NCBI GenBank assembly: GCA_048013815.1 | Contig: CM106585.1 | Span: forward strand, 10,664,001 to 10,728,000 | DNA: 64,000 bases | DNA from: Setoptus koraiensis | Taxonomy: Eukaryota > Animalia > Arthropoda | Direction: 5' to 3' | Shown: piece by piece, positions 22,185 to 32,092 of the stretch | Layout: every line of letters begins with the position of its first letter | How positions within the stretch are numbered: the first letter of the stretch is position 1 | The notes under the pieces: generated by a model | Seen by the model: the letters and a program-made list of their open reading frames with translations, nothing else | What the model was told of the DNA's origin: nothing | Database searches by the model: none | Program-made: the position numbers and the translations under genes

Positions 22185-23570
22185 ATGAAAAGATATTATC
22201 TTATTATTACAGCTCTGCTATCAATAGTGCTGGTTAATGGCCAACCAACTATTGATGAGTGTGAACTGGATATTGTGGAGACTATTCCAAATGGAATGAT
22301 TGCACATGAACTTAACAATACAATTGCTCTGGAGCCTTTTGAGGCGAACATCCTGGACACTACACAAGTTTATCTCAAGTTGATAGCAAACGCCAAAAGA
22401 AGCATCAAAATTGCGAGTTTTTATTGGTCTTTAACAGAAAACGATGTGATTGCACAAGTGAATAAAGACTTTAAAGACCCTGATAATAGTCAACAGGTTG
22501 GACAGAGAGTATTGGATAGCCTCAAGATTGCCGCGAAAGAACGCGATGTAGCCATTGAAATAGTCACCGACAATTCTATGGCAAAACCAATTAGCTTTCG
22601 TAGTGATTTGATGGAAATAGAAAAATTCGCCACGGTTCATTATCTCAATGCGACTCGTTTATTCGGTCAGGGCATATTACACACAAAATTCATTTTGGTA
22701 GATGACGAGGAATTTTATTTGGGCTCGGCCAACATGGATTGGCGTTCGTTGACTCAAGTAAAAGAGATAGGATTTTATCTTCATGAGTGTCCAAAATTAT
22801 CAAATGATTTGGACAGAATTTTTGCGGGATACAAGCGCCTAGCAACAAGCGTCAATAATTTGGCTGGTCCGGCAACAAACAACCTTATAGAGGAAAATGA
22901 AAGGCACATTTTGAGTGGATTAGTTTCAGAGGTGGCTCACTCTGAATATAGTCAGTTTCGACCGCTCATAGTAAAATTAAACAATAAATTGGCAAAGGTG
23001 CATTTAGCGGCGGCACCCGAATATTTGGCAGGCGTAGGTCGCTCTGTAGATCTGAACGCGATTCGATTGAGTATAAAGAAAGCGCGAGAATTCGTTTACC
23101 TGTCGGCAATGGATTACAGTGAATTCTCTTATCCTAACTTCCAAGAGTGGCCAGCCTTGTCCGAAGTGCTTGAGGAGGCAAAAGAACGTGGTGTTGATGT
23201 TAAAATATTGACAGATAGCCACAAAATATTCAACAAGCAGGGCTATAAATTGAAGAAAGCAGGAATAGATTTTCGTGGATTCATTGTGCCAAAATGCAAT
23301 GAATATCAAAATAACTTGCCAAACTCTCGAGTGTATCATGGCAAATACATTGTCACCGATCAAACTGTCATCATAACCACACAAAATCTGACACCCAATT
23401 ACTTCAATGCAACACTTGGTGTTAGTCTAGTGATAGATGACGAGCCGGATTTAACTCAAAAGATGAAACATTTGTTTGAACGAGATTACATGAGCTCTTA
23501 CGCCTCAGTTTTTGTTCCTAAACCTTGGAAACCTCGATCTCCTGATGTAGCTAAAGATAAATCCACATGA
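22185..23570 (+). CDS. PLD3: Phospholipase D family member 3/4-like enzyme, intronless, with signal peptide
   Basis: Motifs LDIVETIP, SIKIASFYWSL, HKD1 GILHTKFILVDDEEFYLGSANMDWRSLTQVKE and HKD2 RVYHGKYIVTDQTVIITTQN. N-terminal MKRYYLIITALLSIVLVNG is signal-like. Confidence 0.92.
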   Translation: MKRYYLIITALLSIVLVNGQPTIDECELDIVETIPNGMIAHELNNTIALEPFEANILDTTQVYLKLIANAKRSIKIASFYWSLTENDVIAQVNKDFKDPDNSQQVGQRVLDSLKIAAKERDVAIEIVTDNSMAKPISFRSDLMEIEKFATVHYLNATRLFGQGILHTKFILVDDEEFYLGSANMDWRSLTQVKEIGFYLHECPKLSNDLDRIFAGYKRLATSVNNLAGPATNNLIEENERHILSGLVSEVAHSEYSQFRPLIVKLNNKLAKVHLAAAPEYLAGVGRSVDLNAIRLSIKKAREFVYLSAMDYSEFSYPNFQEWPALSEVLEEAKERGVDVKILTDSHKIFNKQGYKLKKAGIDFRGFIVPKCNEYQNNLPNSRVYHGKYIVTDQTVIITTQNLTPNYFNATLGVSLVIDDEPDLTQKMKHLFERDYMSSYASVFVPKPWKPRSPDVAKDKST

Positions 23571-24998
23571 TATCAAAGGGGCTCAAATGTAAAAGTAGAT
23601 GATGTCAACTGATTTTACAGCATTAGATTACGATTTGGAAGACAGGAAGTGGGACAAAGTAGATCGATAGAAAGGAAAATGTACTGCTGTTGAGAGAGGA
23701 CATTTTTATCTGCATGTGAAAATTTTTCTATCGAATCTAAGAAAAAAAAAATAAAAGAAAAACTAATCGAAATAATACTAGATACTTTATTCCGTTTGAC
23801 TGACGTGAGGCGGCGATATTTTCAATAACAGGACGAAAATAACAAGTTCAACAGATATGTCACACGACAACGCGAGACTCTTGTTTTTCTCAAACTATTC
23901 TAGATTTTTTGTAACTTGAAAATCAATCAGGCTCACAACTTGTTAGCAGCTGTGAATGGAAAAGGTATGACAGTTGATTGCACCTGAAGCCTCTCCCCTC
24001 CTGGGAAACTCTTGTTAGCGATAATTAATTTATCACATTAATACACTGTACACTGTACTCAAGTAATCACAGTGATTAACACTTCGGACAAAATATCGAA
24101 ATCTACTCTCTTTTTTCCGTCTGCTCTCATGTATTTCGGTCGGAAAGATAAAGAATATGAGACTGTTAGAATCGCCGAATGCTGGGTAATGGAATAAAGA
24201 GAGATAAATTATTTGATCACGATTGCACAGAAACAAAATCAAACAATACCAAAGGAATAATTACCTCGAGACGGTTCCAGAGAGGAATTTCTGAAGGATC
24301 AGGATGAGTTCGAGGAAATCGCTTCTCATAGTCGCGTTTTTTAATTATCCGGTGAATCTAAATCAACTAGCTACCGTTTCAATTTGCTTTATCATTGGTT
24401 TGTGTGACCTGGTGTCTACTAAAGAAATTTTTGTTGATACGGGCAGTGCCCAGAGCTTTATGTATAATAAATCCGTCAACTGCACACCCCTCAATATGTA
24501 TGAAAAAACGGACGCCCAGCATCATCCTCGTGACTTTTTTTTTTCGTGAATGCATCGCGGGACATCATACTATACAAGATTGTGACATTCATAAATAGGT
24601 TTTTGTATTTTCAAAAATGAACGAGAACATACCATGGAAGACTGAACCTTGAACTCTCTAAAACACGAAATATGTAGTCAAGAGGGGTTCCAAGCAGACC
24701 CAATTGCACCTATGGAGACATGAGAAACTAAAAAAGCGATGCCCCTCATCATCTGTTGGACTCTAAAAATAATTTGCGATGCGGTAGGCGAAGCGAATTT
24801 GTATTTTTGGCTTGTACAGCATTCTCGATAGGACAAAGCCGATGCATTTGTGGATTTCCATATATCGGCGGATCAGCTGTCATTGTGCGGCCGGATCCTT
24901 GCGAACACACAATACAAGAAAGGGTTTTTCTTATATCTCTTCAGAGACATCCGAAGATTCTAACAAAATTTTTATTTTATTATTGATCTGATCAAACC

Positions 24999-26177
24999 AT
25001 GGGAGAAGATTTTACAATTAAATTTACTGTCGCCTGGTTATTACTATCCGCCAGACTAGCAATTCATTTCAGCACGGTCGATGGGAGCTCCACATTGAAG
25101 CAAGTCCTGTTGATTCATCGACACGGAGACAGAACACCGATATCATTCCCCAGTAAAGATCCACTTAGAAACAAACCATTTTGGACATCTGTTGGCTTAA
25201 GCTCACTGACAAATGAAGGGAAGGCCAGACTACATAGATTGGGAAAGTTTATTCGTAATCGTTATTCCGATTTTTTAACTGACAACAGGCACGAAGTTTT
25301 GTCGCGTTCTTCAGGATCAGAGAGATGCTTGGAAAGCGCCCAGCTATTCTTGTCTGGTTTATACACACCTGACGACGATCAGATTTGGGACAATCCTCAC
25401 ACCAATCTCTTGTCTGCTCTATGGTTGCCGATGAAAGTTAGAAGCGCCCCTATACAATTCGATGGCATGCTGGCTGAAGGTTGCAAATGCAACAATTTAG
25501 ACGAGGAGTACAAAGCAATAAATGGAAGTGCTGCAGTTCAAGCAATTTACAAAAAATACGATAGCCTTGCGAAGATGATGAAAGAAGAAATTGATTTCGA
25601 ATATCCGATTTTCTTCAACTGGTTTTATGCTAGCAGCTTAATTGAAATCGAGAAACAGTATTTTCCCGATGAGCTTAATCCAATCATTCTCAACTCATTC
25701 GATGAGATTGATGAAGCCGGTAGAGAGGCGATGGCCGCATGGATCTCTACCGATCGTAGCAAGAGACTGAGGACCGGCCTACTAATCAATGACATGCTGA
25801 ACAGGATGTTAGATTGCGAGAACGGAAAGACTGATATCAAGTTTGTTCACTATTCAGCGCATGATCTCAACATTGTGGCTTTGCTAGGTGTGTTGGATTT
25901 ATTGAAAGTTTTCCCCGGAAGACCAGGATTCGGGAGCAGCATTATAATTGAATTGCACCAGATGGACAAGGAGACATTCGTCAAGTTCTATTATCTTGCC
26001 AAAGAAGGTGACGAACTTCAACAGGTTGAAGTTCAGAGTTGTTCGAAACTTACAAGCAATCGCTTATGTTATCTCAGTAATCTTGTTTCAGTTCTCAAGC
26101 CATATGCGATCAAAAGTTGGAGCCAATGGATGGTCAAGTGCAACAATGCAGTCACCATCGATATGTATGATGATTGA
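24999..26177 (+). CDS. Histidine acid phosphatase (lysosomal/prostatic/venom type), intronless, with signal peptide
   Basis: Catalytic RHGDRTP, LTNEGKARLHRLG, RSSGSERCLESAQLFLSGLY and YSAHD proton-donor motifs. Hydrophobic leader present. Confidence 0.95.
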   Translation: MGEDFTIKFTVAWLLLSARLAIHFSTVDGSSTLKQVLLIHRHGDRTPISFPSKDPLRNKPFWTSVGLSSLTNEGKARLHRLGKFIRNRYSDFLTDNRHEVLSRSSGSERCLESAQLFLSGLYTPDDDQIWDNPHTNLLSALWLPMKVRSAPIQFDGMLAEGCKCNNLDEEYKAINGSAAVQAIYKKYDSLAKMMKEEIDFEYPIFFNWFYASSLIEIEKQYFPDELNPIILNSFDEIDEAGREAMAAWISTDRSKRLRTGLLINDMLNRMLDCENGKTDIKFVHYSAHDLNIVALLGVLDLLKVFPGRPGFGSSIIIELHQMDKETFVKFYYLAKEGDELQQVEVQSCSKLTSNRLCYLSNLVSVLKPYAIKSWSQWMVKCNNAVTIDMYDD

Positions 26178-27126
26178 ACGATTTTGAGCTGTTGAGATCA
26201 AGACAAGACTGTTGAATGGCTTGAATTCATCAACCAGATGAGGTAATAGTTTCAAGTCTGCGTCCAACTATCGCTAGATCGCAATGTGGTCAAATAGAGA
26301 TAATGTCGAAGCGATGCGAATTGATAGGTGGGTACTGTCGAGTGATTAGACAGCATCCTTGTATTTAGGAGTGTCAAATACAGTAGAAAATGGAGGAAAA
26401 GTTGCACGATAAAAGGGAGAATATGCTGCAACGGGGGATCAACATTCTGATCTACAATGGCAGTTTCCGAAGCAGATAAAGATGTTTATCAACCCTATTC
26501 AAAAATAAAAATAAATAAATAAATTAAAATAAAATAAAATAAAACTATATAAAATCAACAAAAAACAAAGCGAAATAGCATCGGACAATTCAAGTTGAGA
26601 TCCATACCCAAAGAAATACTGCACAAAATCGTGATTCTAAACTATTCATCGAGAAACATTTTTTGAACAAGCTCCATCTCACCTAGCAGGTCGAGAACCG
26701 ATGAAATCTAACAAAATATCAGACGAAATATACTCAATTTGACAGCGGCAAGTTGCTCTCGATTTTTTTCTAAATCGATACTCCAGTTCACAACAAGCCG
26801 CTACATTCGAAGTATTCTACATTGTAGTTTATTTCGACTGGAGTCTTTCCGGCAAATGTGACAATCGGAGTTTTTCACACAGAGCGTCACTTAGAGACAT
26901 TAGGGTTGAGAATTCTTTATGTTGCTCGGCGATACAACAGTCAAGAAGAAGATAAAGCACAAGAAAGAAAAGGTTGTCCGAAATACTCTACACTGACCAT
27001 CAGAGCTTTCGATTTCAATCAAATAAATAGACGGCAATATTTCTGTTCAATTGAGCGTTTCTTTATCGACCGACGGGCGTTCTTTCTCGGGCATACGCAA
27101 CAACAATAACTTTTCTGCTTATATCA

Positions 27127-27666
27127 TCATTCCCGCAAAGCTCTCAATATCTTGATGTTCCGGCATGAGAGCCTCATTGTTGGTTCTTCGTTATGGCTGT
27201 CTTCGTTGAACTCCATTAATAAAGCAGTCAATTGGCCAATATCAGCCTTGGACAATTCGTTGTAATTTGTTTTGAATTTTCTCTGTGAATCTGCCATCTC
27301 ATTGATGAGATCTGAATCCAGATGAAACGCGTAAGAGTTTCTACATTTTTTGGCCTCTCTAATCCAAGTGACATCGTTTTTTTCTGGAACTTTTTCGCCA
27401 TAGATAAGTCTGATCAATTGAATCAGCTCCCGTATCGTTATTATGGCATTGTCAAGTTCGTCTTCAAATATTTGATTATCAACTACTGTTTCTCTGAGTG
27501 GGATCAACATTTCGTTTACTCTAGATAACTTTTTGTCATCCTCATTCAGCGCTCGCAGTTCATTGGCTATATTCTCTATGTTGGGCCCTTGGGCAAAAAC
27601 TCTTTCCTCGTATAACACAATGGCCACTGCGAGGCTCACCAAAATAGCCTTTATTATTATCGCCAT
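27127..27666 (-). CDS. Orphan secreted, probably alpha-helical protein (179 aa)
   Basis: The internal ATG at 27666 of the 249-aa ORF gives a clean signal peptide (MAIIIKAILVSLAVAIVLYEERVFA) followed by a charged heptad-like sequence. No family recognised. Confidence 0.6.
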   Translation of the reverse strand: MAIIIKAILVSLAVAIVLYEERVFAQGPNIENIANELRALNEDDKKLSRVNEMLIPLRETVVDNQIFEDELDNAIITIRELIQLIRLIYGEKVPEKNDVTWIREAKKCRNSYAFHLDSDLINEMADSQRKFKTNYNELSKADIGQLTALLMEFNEDSHNEEPTMRLSCRNIKILRALRE

Positions 27667-28010
27667 AATTAATTTTATATCGATTCTGCGTAGATCTTGG
27701 ACGGTAATCTTGGAGGCGTTAATTTTCACCAGTTGAGCATCTCTGCGTTTGGTGTGATCAGTCTGGTAGTAGAACTGCATCGCTCTTTTGCTAACAAAGT
27801 GATATTTTGAAAGAATGTTATTTTTGATCCATCTGTTAGGCGACACGATGAGAGTCAAAAATAGATTTTTGTACAACAGGATGGATTTTGGAAAGCAGAA
27901 GCTGAATCACGATCCTCTTGCTCGAATGGATAAGCACTACCCGAAATTCCTCTGAACAAACAATACAGAAGTGATGTTTTGAAAAAATCTTGATTTGATA
28001 TGATCCAACC

Positions 28011-29196
28011 ATAGGAATAGATTTTACGAATAAATTTACTGTCGCCTGTTTACTACTATCTGCCAGTCTGGCAATTCATTTCGGCGCGGTCGATGGGAGC
28101 TCTACATTGAAGCAAGTACTGTTTATTCATCATCACAGAGACAGAACACCGATATCATTTCCCAGTAAAGATCCATTTAGAAACAAACCATTTTGACTCG
28201 AGCTCATTGACAAACGAGGGGAAAGCCAGACTACATAGATTGGGAAAGTTTATTCGTAATCGTTACTTCGATTTTTTAACTGACAATCAACACGAAATTT
28301 TATCGCGTTCTTCAGGAGCAAAGAGATGCTTGGAAAGCGCCCAGCTATTCTTGTCTGGTTTATATACACCTGACGACGATCAGATTTGGGACAATCCTCA
28401 CACCAATCCCTTGTCTGCCCTATGGATGCCGATGAATGTTAGAAGCGCCCCTATACCGGTACAATTCGATGGCATGTTAGCTGAAGGTTGCAAATGCAAC
28501 AATTTAGAGGATGAGTACAAAGCAATAAACGGAAGTGCTGCGGGTCAAGCAATTTACAAAAAATATGATAGTCTTGCAAAGATTATGAAAGAGCAAATCG
28601 ATTTTGAAGCTCCGATTTTCTTCAACTGGTTTTATGCTAGTAGCTTGATTGAAATCGAGAAACAGTATTTTCCTGATGAGCTTAATCCTATCATTCTCGA
28701 CTCATTCGATGAGATTGATGAAGCCGGTAGAGAGGCGATGGCCGCATGGATCTCTACCGATCGTAGCAAGAGACTGAGGACCGGCCTACTAATCAATGAC
28801 ATGCTGAACAGGATGTTAGATTGCGAGAACGGAAAGACTGATATCAAGTTTGTTCACTATTCAGCGCATGATCTCAACATTGTGGCTTTGCTAGGTGTGT
28901 TGGATTTATTGAAAGTTTTCCCCGAAAGACCAGGATTCGGGAGCAGCATTATAATCGAATTGCACCACAGGACCACCGAGACGTTCGTCAAGTTCTTCTA
29001 TCTTGTCAAAGAAGGTGGCGAACCTCGAGAGGTCGAGTTTGAGAGTTGTTCGAAATTTATTTCGAAATTTTCAATAAGCCACAAATGTCATCTCAATTAT
29101 CTTGTTTCAATTCTCAAGCCATACGCGATCAAAAGTTGGAGCCAATGGATGTCCGAATGCAACAATGCTGTCACCAACGATATGTATGATGAATGA
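28011..29196 (+). pseudogene. Acid phosphatase pseudogene (tandem paralog of 24999-26177)
   Basis: Start ATG is changed to ATA (28011) and RHGDRTP to HHRDRTP. There is a TGA at 28194-28196 with a net 11-nt deletion. The remaining 329 codons are still open and highly similar to copy 1. Confidence 0.88.
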
Positions 29197-29358
29197 CCGA
29201 TTTTGAGCTGTTGAGATCAAGACGAGACTCGCTCTCGCGACAATCAACTACAATGGCGGAATGAGAGCAGTCATGTTATCCGAATTGTACCGAAATTGCA
29301 ATCCTTGAAATTAAATCTAATCCCTCGTTAATCAGCAACAGCTAAAAACTAATCGACA

Positions 29359-29544
29359 ATGCATATCTTTTCTAAAGTATCCATGATCGCCACCATTGTG
29401 GTTGTTGCTTTCGTTTGCTTGTTGTCATCCGACGCCGACTTGGAAAAATGCAAAGCCGAATTGAAGGAACTTCAAGAAACTTTCACAGAAGTGACCTTGT
29501 TTCAACCTGCTATGGTTCTCAGAGGCGATGATGATAAAGGATGA
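29359..29544 (+). CDS. Small secreted peptide candidate (61 aa)
   Basis: Signal-like MHIFSKVSMIATIVVVAFVCLLSSDA, then amphipathic DLEKCKAELKELQETF..., ending in a C-terminal Gly. Confidence 0.5.
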   Translation: MHIFSKVSMIATIVVVAFVCLLSSDADLEKCKAELKELQETFTEVTLFQPAMVLRGDDDKG

Positions 29545-32092
29545 GGAGCCTCAATCAAACCTAAACCACAAAATGATTTTTATTGAATGTATGAGTTTTG
29601 TTGTATTAGAGGTGCAACGCGAGTTTGCTGCACTCAAGCGCGCTTTGCTTGATGGATAGCAAGTTTTTCGCCGACAAGTCACAAAATTTACCTGATTTAT
29701 TCATAGCTTTCGTTGGCTGTATAATTATTCACTCATTACAACTTCTTAAGCTTGCTTATCTAATTCTCGTTCTTACCGCTCGTTTAATTAATTATTTCGA
29801 ATAATAGTTCGCTTAGAGGCTTCGCACATCATCCTCTGTTGGCGTCATGTAAGCGTCATGAGCGTCAATGCAGGCTCTACAATTGGCTGTTGTCAATAGA
29901 GGATTCTTCCCTCATTATTTTCACTATTAATATTGTAATTTTTATTGTTGGTGGTGTTGGCGTATATTGTTGCGAAACAATGATAGACAACCATCTTCAG
30001 CAAGAACAGAGCTGGATAAAACGCCAGTGTGCTAATTGCCAACCGCATGTTAATAGTTATTATTTATTATTAGTTACATGTAGGCAGTTCGGTTTTACAA
30101 TTATTAGTTTTATCGCTACTCACAATAACAATAAACACACACACACACACACACTTGAACTGGTGTCTATTATTTGGTGCAATGGCATAGGAAGGCACAA
30201 CAACCGTTCGAAATCAATCATGTAACACGCTGTATGCTGTGATAATTGTTTTGTACAATATTATTATATGTAATCAACGAGAATATTCACTAGTTGTTGT
30301 CGCTGTTGTTGTTGTGAGACGCCCCGGAGTGCGCGTCACACGAGCTCAGCAGGACGATAATAAAAATTATGCCCGACACTCGGTGTTCTAGACGCCGCCA
30401 TTGCCTATTAGACGGTCGCCCTGGACAGCGCTGTGAGGAAACTGTTTAGCCGACACTGTTTACCTGAGACTGTTTAGCCGAGACTGTTAAGCGAGCCTGC
30501 AAAACATTGCGAGCCGTAAACATTTGGAAGCAGTTCCGAGTATCGCTTGCCAGATAAAACTAGTGTTCTCTATTTTATTCCACTATTGTTGCCTATTGGT
30601 GCAGTGGCTTCCAATAGGCAACGCAGTGAGTTTTAATCAATCAACGATTCCAGCGATTTCATCCAGCAATAGGCTGCTGGTTAAACGGATAACTTTACAC
30701 TTGTTGGTTGATTGCATGAATGCTACAACTATTGCCAGCGATCATAATTGCTGGCTACACACTCTCGCATATCTTGCTATGTACATTTCAATTCAATTTT
30801 GCCCGCTTTGCTATCCAACAATAAAAATCAAACGATGACGCAAACAAAAGACTACTAACAAGATGTAAGATCGACTCTCTTTTTATTTTAATCTGTTACA
30901 GGTGCATCGCATCTATTCATTATGTTCAGTCATTATTTGTTGTAGCGATCGTCATATCGTGTTCATGCTAGATCAATGGTATCAATTGTGTATAAACTTA
31001 TTTGCTGCGGCGGCGGCATTATTGTTGCCGCTGCTGTTGTTGCTGTTGCCAGATTCGCTTGTTGGCATCCACTTTCACAAAAGTTTAGTTACAATTACAT
31101 GTGATTCACAACAGCAACAACAACGACAGCAACAGCCGATCTTTCGACTACTACTTGTGGCCGTCATGTGAAAAGAATTGACAATAATGCAAACTCTGCG
31201 ATGATGTAAACTAAACGAATTTCAATTCAATTCATCTAATGAATGTTGCCAACTTGCATTCCAATTGTCGTTGCGCACGGTTCAATTATCATATGCATAT
31301 ATTGTTCGTCATCAGCATGGAAATGTTGCGATCTGCACGCACCAATTAAGACAAACATAACTGCACCCGATAATAATATCATCGCGCCACCACCGAGGCA
31401 AATTTAATTAGCAGATTAGTATCAGATTAGTGGTACCAATGATAATTAGTGATCGACTTGATCTTGCACCACTAAAACGTTTGAGAATCAACAGCAATCC
31501 AATAGCAAAAAAACAAACAAACAAACTCATTAGTGGCAACAGTAACTCTATCATCTGACACCGCCAACTAACTCGACAGGCAACAACAAGTTAGCTCAGT
31601 AGTCGATAAGGCCATCTTGCTCAATTGAAATGTAACGTTACTCTTACAGTTATTCGACTAACACTCGCAAAGCTGTTAGATCTGTTTCAGCCGTTTGGTG
31701 CAACTAAACAACCTTTAAATAATTAACAACTGCAGAGATTTTCCCATGAAATCAATCATCTCGTGATGACGCTTAAAACTATCACACAACTACAACTAAT
31801 CGGTCAGCACACGTTATTTCCCTTCAAGATTCTTTTCTTCGCATGCATTATGGATCAGCGCCGCTGATTAATAGCGAAATATTGCATCAGCTACACACCA
31901 ACACAAATGTCAAGTCAAACATCAGCAATCATAAATGTACATGCAGATGAAGATACAAAATTGTTTCTTGTTTCACCCAAATTCACCTGAATGCGCTCTC
32001 ACTTTATCTCAACACAGAGCAAACTAACCAAACGAAATCAGCATCCTGCATACTACAAAATTTTAGTCACGTGATAGTGGTTGCACAGCAAT

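Noticed and set aside
24060-24360. Possible spliced minus-strand mini-gene (…KKRDYEKRFPRTHPDPSEIPLWNRLE|HSAILTV…)
   Set aside because: Plausible GT-AG sites exist, but I could not find a start exon or any homology. It needs RNA-seq before it can be called.
27667-27876. N-terminal 70 aa of the 249-aa ORF
   Set aside because: It begins at a non-ATG codon, and the downstream ATG gives a clean signal peptide. Probably 5' UTR.
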